DNA of 59,278 nt from a virus (lineage: Duplodnaviria > Caudoviricetes): positions 1-59,278 of the IMG/VR virus record IMGVR_UViG_3300033405_000018. One strand, written 5' to 3'. Of the stretch, positions 17,494 through 26,324 are shown one piece after another. The position numbers and the translations under genes were made by a program. A model generated the notes under the pieces. That model worked only from the letters and a program-made list of their open reading frames with translations, was not told where the DNA came from and searched no databases. The first letter of the stretch is position 1. Each line of letters opens with the position of its first letter.

Positions 17494-17534
17494 AGGCAGG
17501 CGGCGGCAATCTAACGCCTCCTGCCTTATTTTTT
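17494..17534 (+). terminator. Terminator after the capsid gene
   Basis: AGGCAGG...CCTGCCT followed by TATTTTTT. Confidence 0.65.
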
Positions 17535-17547
17535 GGAGGGAATGAGA

Positions 17548-17814
17548 ATGGTCAGATTGCAGTGTCCTGAAGGTAATTCGCAAGTTTCTGTCGATGGCAG
17601 GAACTACCAGGCAGATGATACCGGGTTCGTGACCGTGCAAGAGGAGAGCGTCCCGAAGCTGCAGGCTATCGGCTTCAAGATTTCGCCGGTCAGCATGACG
17701 GTGAGCCAAGAGGACTTTGACGCCATCGCCGCGAACGCGAAGGACTTGAATCTTCCAGTTCCGGGAGAAGTGAAGGTCGCCGGCAAGCAGAGCGCGCGCA
17801 TTAAGGTGGAGTAA
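17548..17814 (+). CDS. Hypothetical (head-associated) protein
   Basis: GGAGGG RBS; position. Confidence 0.6.
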   Translation: MVRLQCPEGNSQVSVDGRNYQADDTGFVTVQEESVPKLQAIGFKISPVSMTVSQEDFDAIAANAKDLNLPVPGEVKVAGKQSARIKVE

Positions 17815-17819
17815 CACAG

Positions 17820-18653
17820 ATGCCTCATGCGGTTGATTTGACGACATTGACGGACCTGAAGAACTACATAAGCCCCGCTTTGGGCCAAACAACCGCATCA
17901 GACTCCACACTGGCAAAGATCATCACCGCAGTATCAGACGGAATTGAGCGTTATGTCTCGCGCACCTTGGCCGTGGGGACGTTTTCCGAGGTCCGGAATG
18001 GGAATGGGCGCCGCTCAATGCGTGCTCTGGTCTATCCCATCCTCAGCGTCTCGTCTGTGAACTTGGCGCGGTACGCGGGGGAAACAGGACACACGCTGGC
18101 TGCTTCTGTGAACGGATCACCTTCTTTCTTCTCATGGGATAACTGGTTTATCAATCTCACGCATGAGTATTTCTGGGAAGGCCACCAGAACATCATGCTG
18201 AACTACTCTGGCGGGTTCATGACGCCGGGCCAGCTTGGAGTCCTGACCTTGCCGGGATGGACTGCGGCGTCGGTTACCCTGGCCAACGCGCAGATTCAGG
18301 TTGGCGGCTTCTACTATGAGGCAGTCAACGGCGGCACGACGGGCGCGATGATGCCTGCAGCGTGGGGCCAGACGCGCAACTCCCTCACCAACGACAATGG
18401 CGTCTACTGGCGGTGCGAGGGCGCTATTCCGGTCCTGCCAAGCAATGCAAACATGGTCCCTGACGACTTTCAGATGGCTTGTATGCAGCAGTCGGCGCTG
18501 CTCTTCAAGAACAGGACGCGCGTAGGTGATACCGGAAGCGGCGTAGGACCTGACCGGATCAACTACTTCCTGAAGGACGCGCATCCATCCACGATCTCGA
18601 TGCTCGATAAGCACCGCGAAGTCTTCCCAACTGACGGCATGGGAACCATCTAG
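17820..18653 (+). CDS. Head-tail adaptor (gp6/gp15-like) with inserted domain
   Basis: LTTLTDLKNYI...DSTLAKIITAVSDGIERYVSR N-terminus; VPDDFQMAC...LDKHR C-terminus. Confidence 0.7.
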   Translation: MPHAVDLTTLTDLKNYISPALGQTTASDSTLAKIITAVSDGIERYVSRTLAVGTFSEVRNGNGRRSMRALVYPILSVSSVNLARYAGETGHTLAASVNGSPSFFSWDNWFINLTHEYFWEGHQNIMLNYSGGFMTPGQLGVLTLPGWTAASVTLANAQIQVGGFYYEAVNGGTTGAMMPAAWGQTRNSLTNDNGVYWRCEGAIPVLPSNANMVPDDFQMACMQQSALLFKNRTRVGDTGSGVGPDRINYFLKDAHPSTISMLDKHREVFPTDGMGTI

Positions 18654-18676
18654 CCACCAAAAGGAGAAGTAAAACA

Positions 18677-19486
18677 ATGTCGAATCTCAACATCGTAAGC
18701 ACATCGCCCAACACTGCGGCTGCACAGCAGACAGATCTCGTCAATGCTCTCGTGACGGCGGTCCAAGCTGTGCCCGTAACTCCTCCGGTGGTGACTGTAG
18801 TGCCACTGGCTGCCGCCTCGACCACCTACACCTACGCCGTGATTGCCAAACTCGGGACGCAAACGGTACCCGCGACCGCCACAATTACGACAGGCGCCGC
18901 AACGCTTTCGGCGGCCGCGTCCAACACCATTTCGTGGAACACGATCCCCAATGCGGTCTATGACGTTTACCGCGTGACCGGCGGCGCAAACCAAGGCAAG
19001 ATTGCCTCCAACATCTCCGGCGTGACGCTGAATGCCTATGGCGGTGTGCAGTCCGCTCCGCCCACGTTGAGCTTGGTTGACTCCGGACTGGCAGGCGATT
19101 CAACCATTGCCCCAACGTTCAACACCAGCGGATTCCTCAACCATGGAATCATTGAACCAGTGCAAGTAATATCTGCTACTAGCGGAACAATCGCGAGCGT
19201 CTCAGGAACCGTCATTCTCACAGCTGCTACAGCCGGAGCATATACACTCGGAGCTCCTATTGCTGGTCCAGCATCACAAGGTGGACAAGATGGGTCAGAG
19301 CTTCTGCTCATCTCTGTAAATTCTGCCGCACACACTGTGACTACTCCAGCCAATGCCGTTGTCGGAGGGAAACACATTATCACATTCTCGACCACCGGCA
19401 GTTTGGCAAACACGCAATTGTCGCTCGTTGCTGCTGGCGGTGTTTGGTATATCGCCAATGCAGTGAATGCTGCCACACTCTCTTAA
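18677..19486 (+). CDS. Putative virion decoration/structural protein
   Basis: T/A/G/S-rich beta composition, AAGGAG RBS, located in the head-neck block. Confidence 0.55.
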   Translation: MSNLNIVSTSPNTAAAQQTDLVNALVTAVQAVPVTPPVVTVVPLAAASTTYTYAVIAKLGTQTVPATATITTGAATLSAAASNTISWNTIPNAVYDVYRVTGGANQGKIASNISGVTLNAYGGVQSAPPTLSLVDSGLAGDSTIAPTFNTSGFLNHGIIEPVQVISATSGTIASVSGTVILTAATAGAYTLGAPIAGPASQGGQDGSELLLISVNSAAHTVTTPANAVVGGKHIITFSTTGSLANTQLSLVAAGGVWYIANAVNAATLS

Positions 19487-19538
19487 TAACCATCTCAACA
19501 CGGGGCCTCATCGTAGGCCCCACTCACCGGGGAAGATC

Positions 19539-19901
19539 ATGGCAACAATTGACGTGCAGGGACAGTTTGTAGCAATTACGGCAGTGGCAGGACCCAACGG
19601 AACAATCGGCGCGGCCCCATTCGATAGAACTGGTATTCACACAGTTGTTTTGGTCACCGTCCCAGCCTCTCCCTCTGGAGATTATGGAGTCTTGCTTCCC
19701 GACAGTTCAAACTCATTTATCGGAGATGTAGTTGAAGTCATTACAGTAAGTGACCCTGGGAGTAATGGCAACGTAGTATCTGCATCGCCTTCCGATTCGA
19801 TTGGACTGAATGGAGTTCTCGGAAACTTTGTTTCAGGGAACAATGGTGTAACTCTTCGTCGCACCAGCGCAACAAAATGGTTCATCGTGGCACAAGGGTA
19901 G
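19539..19901 (+). CDS. Hypothetical structural protein
   Basis: Beta-rich ORF in the structural block. Confidence 0.5.
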   Translation: MATIDVQGQFVAITAVAGPNGTIGAAPFDRTGIHTVVLVTVPASPSGDYGVLLPDSSNSFIGDVVEVITVSDPGSNGNVVSASPSDSIGLNGVLGNFVSGNNGVTLRRTSATKWFIVAQG

Positions 19902-19903
19902 TT

Positions 19904-20500
19904 GTGGACATCACCCTAGAAGGCGGCAAGCGGCTCTCTGCACGGTTGGATCATATGGGACCAGCCATCAGAAAGGCCGCGCGCCGCCAACTGGCGAACA
20001 TCGGCGATCAGTTGGTAAGATACGGTCAGAAGCACTTCACAGAATCAGGACTCACGAGACGGTCTGGGAAACTCGCATCTTCAATGGCGACCCTACCTGT
20101 CGAAGAAGATGCCCACGGACTCACCGGCGGTATGATGGCTGGACAGCACCTGAGATACGCTAAAGCCCAGGAGTTTGGTGCAGAGATCGACGCGGCTAGC
20201 GGACACATGCTGGCAATTCCCATGGAAGACGCGCTTACCCCGGCAGGAGTGGCAAGGTTTGCACCGCGGGACGCAATAGAAAAAGGGGATTACGAACGAG
20301 TTTTTTTCTCGAACGTGGGCAATCAGGTCTACATGTTCGGCGTCATGGATGGCATCGTGCATCTGCTTTTTGTGCTGGTTCATCACGTCTCGATCCCGGC
20401 GCGGCCATTCGCGGGGCCTGCGCTGAATGCCAATGTGGCATGGATTGCGGGACGGCTTAAGATGGCAGTTGACGAAGGAATCAAGGAGTCCGGAGAGTAG
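19904..20500 (+). CDS. Neck/tail-completion protein (HK97 gp10 or Mu gpG-like)
   Basis: RRSGKLASS, YAKAQEFG, IPARPFAGPAL. Confidence 0.7.
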   Translation: MDITLEGGKRLSARLDHMGPAIRKAARRQLANIGDQLVRYGQKHFTESGLTRRSGKLASSMATLPVEEDAHGLTGGMMAGQHLRYAKAQEFGAEIDAASGHMLAIPMEDALTPAGVARFAPRDAIEKGDYERVFFSNVGNQVYMFGVMDGIVHLLFVLVHHVSIPARPFAGPALNANVAWIAGRLKMAVDEGIKESGE

Positions 20501-20502
20501 CC

Positions 20503-20685
20503 ATGTTCTACAACGAACCGCAACTCGGAATGGCACAAGGCGATTGCTCCAAACTTGCCAAGACTGGCATCAAACCACATCCGTTTGTAGGCGAAGAAGG
20601 GAAAGAGCCTGATAGACACAGTAGCGCTCCGTGCAAAGAATGCGGGAAGCCTTTCAGCTACGAGGCACATTGGAGAGAGGCTTAA
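20503..20685 (+). CDS. Small hypothetical protein
   Basis: GGAGAG RBS; CKECGK...H. Confidence 0.55.
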   Translation: MFYNEPQLGMAQGDCSKLAKTGIKPHPFVGEEGKEPDRHSSAPCKECGKPFSYEAHWREA

Positions 20686-20687
20686 TA

Positions 20688-21158
20688 ATGGGAAACAGTT
20701 TAGGCCGGGAGGCCATCTATTCGGCATTCTTCGCGCAGTTGAAGGCGGCGCTGGTGACCCCGACAAGTCTCTTCAATTATGCTGGCCGTCGTCCGGTTCC
20801 TGATACTGACTTGGCCGAGGAGCAGTACCCCGCATTCTTCATGATGGAGGCCGGTGAAATCTATGACCGTAGCGTTCTATTTGCGCCTGCGCGGGTATCT
20901 CTACTCTGCACGATTTCAGTTGTTTCCCTTCAAGGCGAAGTTCCAGATGAGACCAATGTCTCAAATCTTAACAACCTTGCGGATGCTGTCGAGAGCGCCA
21001 TACAGGACTCGGTCGGGCCAACGGCAGACTTGACCCTGGGCGGACTGGTGCAAGAGTGCTGGATCACGCATCGGACCTTGACTATCACCGGCTCATCGGC
21101 GCAACGTCTAAGCAAGCAAAACTTCGGCGTAGAAATCGTACTGCCGCATTCGAGGTGA
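20688..21158 (+). CDS. Tail terminator/neck-like protein
   Basis: REAIYSAFFAQL, YPAFF, LADAVESAI, TLGGLVQECWI. Confidence 0.6.
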   Translation: MGNSLGREAIYSAFFAQLKAALVTPTSLFNYAGRRPVPDTDLAEEQYPAFFMMEAGEIYDRSVLFAPARVSLLCTISVVSLQGEVPDETNVSNLNNLADAVESAIQDSVGPTADLTLGGLVQECWITHRTLTITGSSAQRLSKQNFGVEIVLPHSR

Positions 21159-21161
21159 CAA

Positions 21162-21599
21162 ATGTTCTATGAAGACTCCAGAATGGGAATGGCAAAGGCA
21201 GCAACCCCCAACCCATACAACAACCACGGACTCGGCTGCACCTGCTCTATCTGCGGTCAGACGCGCGGACTTGCAAAGCGAGATGCCGGTGCGAGCGAAG
21301 AGAAGATGCACCTGGCCATCGCTCACGGTCTGCACCACTCGCAGATGAGGGATGAGCACCAGCGCAAGGCCTACGGTTGGGGAGGCGTTCAGGATGGGCA
21401 GACAGCGCCAGAACTCACCGTTGAGCAGAAGGCCAAGCATCTGGAAGCGGCTGCCGCTCATAGGCAAGCACATGAGCATTACCGTGAAGCTGCCAACTCC
21501 TACCGCGACAACCTGCCCAAGGGCGCGGCTGAACATCAGAAACTGGCAGAGGAAGCGGCGGCGCGAGCCGAGAAGTTGAGCGCAAAGGCGAATGGGTAA
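21162..21599 (+). CDS. His/Ala-rich hypothetical protein
   Basis: GAGGTG RBS; CTCSIC; HLEAAAAHRQAHEH helical repeats. Confidence 0.6.
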   Translation: MFYEDSRMGMAKAATPNPYNNHGLGCTCSICGQTRGLAKRDAGASEEKMHLAIAHGLHHSQMRDEHQRKAYGWGGVQDGQTAPELTVEQKAKHLEAAAAHRQAHEHYREAANSYRDNLPKGAAEHQKLAEEAAARAEKLSAKANG

Positions 21600-22208
21600 A
21601 TGAGCGACCCCACCTATGGCGAGCTTCCGGTACAGATTGACCCTACGGCATGGGGTGGAAGGACCAATACGCCCGCCGCGTCCCTCACCGTAGACTCGAT
21701 TCAGAACCAGATTGCCGCTCAACTCGTGGCATTCTTTGTTTCCGGTTCGCTGGCAATCCCAGTCTACATCTACCCGGCCTTTGACCTCGATACGTGGTGG
21801 GCAAGTTCGGCGATTGCTTTCGTCCTGATCTCCTACAGCAACACAGGACTATCGAAGCCCCTTGCGACGTCGAGCATGGTCCAAGAGCGGACTCTCCAGT
21901 TCAAGATCCATGTCGAGGCGCGCAAGACGGCGTGGAACCTCAGCGGGGCGGGCTCGGTCTACGCGCTCATTGATGCGATTGAATCGGCACTTGGGGGATT
22001 CCAGCCGACCGGATGCCGCCATGCCTACTTCACCGAGGAAAGGTTCTCAGAACAGGACCCTCAAGGGCGCGTCTGGCTGTACGATCTGACTTTCAACGTC
22101 ATCACCATTCGTCCGCGGCTGTTGCCCTCTTACGCACTGGCGAACTTGCAGCAAGCGATTTTCAATGTCAGTCCGAGCGGGGATCAGATCATCGTCCCAT
22201 CGGAGTAG
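21600..22208 (+). CDS. Mu gp37-like tail terminator
   Basis: VYALIDAIESALGGFQP, VWLYDLTF; directly upstream of the sheath gene. Confidence 0.6.
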   Translation: MSDPTYGELPVQIDPTAWGGRTNTPAASLTVDSIQNQIAAQLVAFFVSGSLAIPVYIYPAFDLDTWWASSAIAFVLISYSNTGLSKPLATSSMVQERTLQFKIHVEARKTAWNLSGAGSVYALIDAIESALGGFQPTGCRHAYFTEERFSEQDPQGRVWLYDLTFNVITIRPRLLPSYALANLQQAIFNVSPSGDQIIVPSE

Positions 22209-22213
22209 TAACC

Positions 22214-22302
22214 TGATACACTTTGTATCGACGGTACAGGAACAACCTGGCCGGGATGAAGAAGGCTTAATAAGCCCGATTCGTCCCGGCCTTTTCACGT
22301 TT
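22214..22302 (+). promoter_or_regulatory. Promoter plus two-hairpin leader element, copy 2 (tail genes)
   Basis: TG-A-TACACT, 7 nt, GACGGTA-CAGG-AACAA-CCTG, stem GCCGGGATG/CGTCCCGGC, TTTT. Confidence 0.75.
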
Positions 22303-22323
22303 GGCGGCAAAGGAGCGGAGAAA

Positions 22324-24633
22324 ATGGCTTTCTTCCACGGCATCACGGTAACCGAGGTCAACACCAACGGCGTAGCGATCCAAGTGGTCAACTCGGCAGT
22401 TATTGGCCTCATCGGCTCGGCTCCGCAATGGTCGGCATCGTCTGGAGCAGGACCCGGAATCAACGTCCCGACACTCATCCAGTCCGCCGCGCAGGGCTCG
22501 AACTTCGGCAAACAGATTGCCGGGTACACGATTCCCGAAGCTCTTGCGGACATTCAACTCCAGGGTGCGGGTGCCGTCATTGTCATCGACGTGTTCAACC
22601 CACTTCTGCACCAGAGCACGTACACGTTGAATCCCCTGACAGGACCCGCATCCAACAGTGTGCCGGTAACACTCGGCCACATGGGCCTAATTGGTCCAGG
22701 CTTGCCCAACACTCCCCTTTCTACCGCTTCGGTTGACACCGTGGCGCAGGCGGGCGGCGCGGCAAGCCACAGTTATGCAACAGGCGATACCGTCACCCTG
22801 GCGGGCGGGACCTACTCCACCGCTGCCGTACTGACTGTGGCGACGACGAAGCTCATCTCGCTGGCCGTGAATGCCCCCGGCGGCGCTACCTCGCACAACT
22901 ACGCGCCCGGCGATAGCATCACGCTCACCGGCGGAACATCGTCGGTAGCTCCACAATTGACCGTTACATCCACTCAGGTGACTGGCGCAACGGTGGCGGC
23001 CGGCGGCAGCGGCGGCACGAACGGGACTCAGACCGTGACCGGCACCACCGGCACCGGGACGAAGTTCCAAGCGTCTGTGACGGTATCAGGCGGCGCAATT
23101 ACCGCGGTCCTGTCGATCACTCTGGCAGGTTCCTACACTGTCAACCCCACCGCCCCGGCTCTTGAGCCTGTGACTGGCGCAGGGCTGGCTGGTGCCGAAC
23201 TGGCTATCACTCTGGGCGTGGCCACCTTCAACATCGTCAACGCCGGAAGCTTCACGGTCAACAGCGCGACGTTCACACAGGCAAGCTCGACAGGACTCGG
23301 CACTGGCGCCACCTTCAACCTTGGAGTCTTTGGTGTCCTGACCGCCACGGTATCCACTGCGGGCAGCTACTCGGCTATTCCGGCGAACCCTGTGGCTCAA
23401 GCCAGCACCTCGGGCGTTGGAACTGGTGCCACCTTTAACGTGACCTTTGCGGGACCGCCTACAACCGTCGTGGTGAAGAACCAGGCCGGCTCGACAACCT
23501 ATGTCGAGGGCACGGACTACACCATCGACTATGTGAACGGTTTGCTCTACACGAAGAGCGGCGGCGCAATCACCTCGGCGCAGGCGCTGCAAGTCACAGC
23601 GGCCTACTGCGACCCATCCAAGGTTGCCTACACCGACATCATCGGGAGCGTGACCGGAAGCACCTACACCGGCATCCAGGCGTTGCAGACCACATTCCAG
23701 ACAATGGGCCTGTTCGCCAAGCTGCTCATCACCCCGACCTTCTACGATGCGTCGACAAGCGCCAACCTGCTAGCCATGGCGACGAAGCTCCGGGCCATCG
23801 CTTTCACCGACGCCCCGCCGAACACTACCGTCGCAACTGCCATCGCCAACCGTGGCGCTGCTGGCAACGCCTTCAATCAGGGCAGCGACCGGCTCGCCCT
23901 CACCTTCCCCTGGCAACTGAAGACGCCAACGTCTATCAGCCCCACCGGCGTAGTGGTGAGCGCGCAGGGAACCATCGGCTACACGACCATGAGCGGCACC
24001 GTAGATACCCCATACAGCACTTGGGTAGCGGGTGCTACAGCATCCAACGACCTTGCGAATGGCTTCTGGTTCTCGCCATCCAACACTGTCATCAACGGGA
24101 TTCTGGGTCCCGATGTCAGCCTCTACATGAGCGCCTACGATCCGACTTCGGACACGAATGCACTGAACGCGGCCGGTATCCTGACAGTCTTCAACGGCTT
24201 CGGGACTGGATACAGGATCTGGGGCAACCGAGCATCGAGCTTCCCGTCGAGCAGCGCAGTCACTACGTTCATCGCCGTGCGCAGGACCCTCGACGTCGTG
24301 GAGCAGAGCATCCAGTACAGCTCGCTCCCCTTCGTCGACAAGCCCATCACCAACGGACTCATCAACAGCATCCTGCAAAGCGTGAATGCATTCCTGAATT
24401 CGCTCATTCAGCAAGGTGCGCTGATAGCCGGGAGCACGGTCACCTATAACCCAGTTGACAATCCTCCGGCCAGTCTGGCGAATGGTCAAATCACTTTCGA
24501 GATTAGCGTCATGCCGCCCCCGCCGGCAGAGCAGATCGTTTACAACTTCTCGATCAACACCAGTCTGCTGGCGAACCTCGGAGCATCTGTAACGAGCACC
24601 AGCACAACCAGCAACGTCAACGTGACGGCATAA
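22324..24633 (+). CDS. Contractile tail sheath protein with large insertion
   Basis: MAFFHGITVTEV...SAVIGLIGSAP, GFWFSPSN, GYRIWGNR, FIAVRRTLD (P2 FI-like). Confidence 0.92.
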   Translation: MAFFHGITVTEVNTNGVAIQVVNSAVIGLIGSAPQWSASSGAGPGINVPTLIQSAAQGSNFGKQIAGYTIPEALADIQLQGAGAVIVIDVFNPLLHQSTYTLNPLTGPASNSVPVTLGHMGLIGPGLPNTPLSTASVDTVAQAGGAASHSYATGDTVTLAGGTYSTAAVLTVATTKLISLAVNAPGGATSHNYAPGDSITLTGGTSSVAPQLTVTSTQVTGATVAAGGSGGTNGTQTVTGTTGTGTKFQASVTVSGGAITAVLSITLAGSYTVNPTAPALEPVTGAGLAGAELAITLGVATFNIVNAGSFTVNSATFTQASSTGLGTGATFNLGVFGVLTATVSTAGSYSAIPANPVAQASTSGVGTGATFNVTFAGPPTTVVVKNQAGSTTYVEGTDYTIDYVNGLLYTKSGGAITSAQALQVTAAYCDPSKVAYTDIIGSVTGSTYTGIQALQTTFQTMGLFAKLLITPTFYDASTSANLLAMATKLRAIAFTDAPPNTTVATAIANRGAAGNAFNQGSDRLALTFPWQLKTPTSISPTGVVVSAQGTIGYTTMSGTVDTPYSTWVAGATASNDLANGFWFSPSNTVINGILGPDVSLYMSAYDPTSDTNALNAAGILTVFNGFGTGYRIWGNRASSFPSSSAVTTFIAVRRTLDVVEQSIQYSSLPFVDKPITNGLINSILQSVNAFLNSLIQQGALIAGSTVTYNPVDNPPASLANGQITFEISVMPPPPAEQIVYNFSINTSLLANLGASVTSTSTTSNVNVTA

Positions 24634-24643
24634 GGAGCGCACC

Positions 24644-25165
24644 GTGGGACAACTTGTCGTTAACAGTTTGAGCAATTGCAATGTCTATCTCAATGGTGTC
24701 GAACTCCTCGGGCGCGCTGCGGAAGTGAAGATCCCCCAGCCCAAGCGCATCAGGACCGACTACAAAGGCCTCGGCATGGCCGCGCGCATCAAGATCCCGA
24801 CCGGCTGGGACATGATGGAGTCCACCATCAAGTGGTCTTCGTTCGATCCCACTACCATCAGCCAAGTAGCGCTCTCCAGCCAGACATGCTTCATCAGTTG
24901 CCTCGGCGACTTGCAGACGCTATCCTCGTCGGGCGAAATCTTCGAGGCGCCAGTCATCTACAACTTCAGCGGCGTTCCGTTCGATGTGGGAGACGTGGAT
25001 TTCAAGTCTCAGGAACTGGTGGAGTTCACTTCGAGCTTCGATGTTTACCATATCGACCTCAGCGTGGCCGGAGTCCCGATTTACCTTTTCGACGCTTTTT
25101 CGAATCAGTATGTCGTGAATGGCGTTGACCAGTTGGCCGGCTATCGCGCAAACATCGGAGGTTGA
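24644..25165 (+). CDS. Tail tube protein (P2 FII-like)
   Basis: NVYLNG...GRAAEVKIP...YKGLGM, VNGVDQLAGYRANIG. Confidence 0.88.
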   Translation: MGQLVVNSLSNCNVYLNGVELLGRAAEVKIPQPKRIRTDYKGLGMAARIKIPTGWDMMESTIKWSSFDPTTISQVALSSQTCFISCLGDLQTLSSSGEIFEAPVIYNFSGVPFDVGDVDFKSQELVEFTSSFDVYHIDLSVAGVPIYLFDAFSNQYVVNGVDQLAGYRANIGG

Positions 25166-25168
25166 TAA

Positions 25169-25465
25169 GTGGCAGCCAACGGATTTTCTCCATCAGCATC
25201 AATCCAAGTTGTGGCGACTGGATCCGCGCAGACCATTGCCAATCCAGGCTCAGGCGCAACGTTGCGGCTCGCCAATGTGGGAGCTGAGCCTGTATATGTC
25301 GCACTGAGCGCATCGAGTCCTGTTGTGGTCACTCCTCAGACAGGACTCGCAATCTTGCCCGGCGCACCGCCCGAATTCCTGACGGCGGTATCAAGCGGGT
25401 TCATCGGCTTCGTGACGGACGGCAACACGTTCAATGTTCGGCTCAACATCTCGCAAGGAACGTAG
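25169..25465 (+). CDS. Hypothetical structural protein
   Basis: Beta-rich ORF between the tube and chaperone genes. Confidence 0.55.
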   Translation: MAANGFSPSASIQVVATGSAQTIANPGSGATLRLANVGAEPVYVALSASSPVVVTPQTGLAILPGAPPEFLTAVSSGFIGFVTDGNTFNVRLNISQGT

Positions 25466-25513
25466 AGACCCCGGACCCCAACCATAGCCAAGCACTGGCG
25501 TGAGGTGATTCAA

Positions 25514-25897
25514 ATGGCAACAGGACCCATCGTACTGACTTCCGACATAACCCCTTCCCCCGAACAGATTCGCCGCGAGTTCGACCTTCCTTCTGGCAAG
25601 CATGTGATCTTGCTGAAAGGGACTGGCCGTGACCAGCGCCTAGCCGCTACGGTCGCCGGTGAGAATGCCGACAGCATCAAGATTCAGGACGCCCTGGCCT
25701 CCCGACTTGCGCTCGTGGACGGAAAGCGCATCCGCATGGAAGACGTGGACGAGATGGACTTCGACGATGCGATGGTGTTTCGCGCCGAGGTCTCTCAGGT
25801 ATTGCGCCCTTTGCTCCAGAGGATTTCCAGTGTCCTGAAACCGACCTCGGAGGCTCCGAACCCCAATCGGGACGCGGCAACAGACCAGTCGTCCTAA
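25514..25897 (+). CDS. Tail assembly chaperone (P2 E-like)
   Basis: Position; GRDQRLA...MEDVDEMDFDD. Confidence 0.7.
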   Translation: MATGPIVLTSDITPSPEQIRREFDLPSGKHVILLKGTGRDQRLAATVAGENADSIKIQDALASRLALVDGKRIRMEDVDEMDFDDAMVFRAEVSQVLRPLLQRISSVLKPTSEAPNPNRDAATDQSS

Positions 25898-26049
25898 GCA
25901 TGGAAGCACTGGGCGCGATGGTGCATGAAGGGGTCAGTCCTGAATCCATCGATGCCATGTCAATAGGTGATTTAGTAGGGTGGTACCAAGTTATGCACTC
26001 CTACTCGAAAGCAGTTGAAAAGCAGATGAACAAGAGGAGGAAACAGTGA
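25807..26049 (+). CDS. Chaperone frameshift extension (P2 E'-like)
   Basis: -1 frame open from C-CCT-TTG (25807-25813); GVSPESIDAMSIGDLVGWY matches the E'-type pattern. Confidence 0.65.
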   Translation, partial: PFAPEDFQCPETDLGGSEPQSGRGNRPVVLSMEALGAMVHEGVSPESIDAMSIGDLVGWYQVMHSYSKAVEKQMNKRRKQ

Positions 26050-26321
26050 ACGAACAGAAACCATCAGTCGGCCGCATCGTGCATTACCAGTCATATGGGA
26101 CGCCCGGTGGCGAGTACACACCGCAGCCACGCGCTGCAATCATCACGGAAATCTACAAACCGGGCGACTCCTCAGTGGAGAATCTCGTGATTGACAGCAC
26201 TGGGACACAGACCACCGTTGGCCTTTGTGTCCTGAATCCGACGGGGCAGTTCTTCAACCGCTATGTCCCGTACTCAGAACAACCGAAGCCGGGACACTGG
26301 AACTGGCCTCCGAGGGTCTAA
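26046..26321 (+). CDS. Phage hypothetical protein
   Basis: KPSVGRIVHY...PRAAIIT...WNWPPRV; GAGGAGG RBS. Confidence 0.7.
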   Translation: MNEQKPSVGRIVHYQSYGTPGGEYTPQPRAAIITEIYKPGDSSVENLVIDSTGTQTTVGLCVLNPTGQFFNRYVPYSEQPKPGHWNWPPRV

Positions 26322-26324
26322 GCA

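Noticed and set aside
7899-24681. Long antisense ORFs (7899..8831, 15829..16743, 16786..17916, 23770..24681)
   Set aside because: They lie opposite well-supported genes in GC-rich DNA and show no recognisable motifs.
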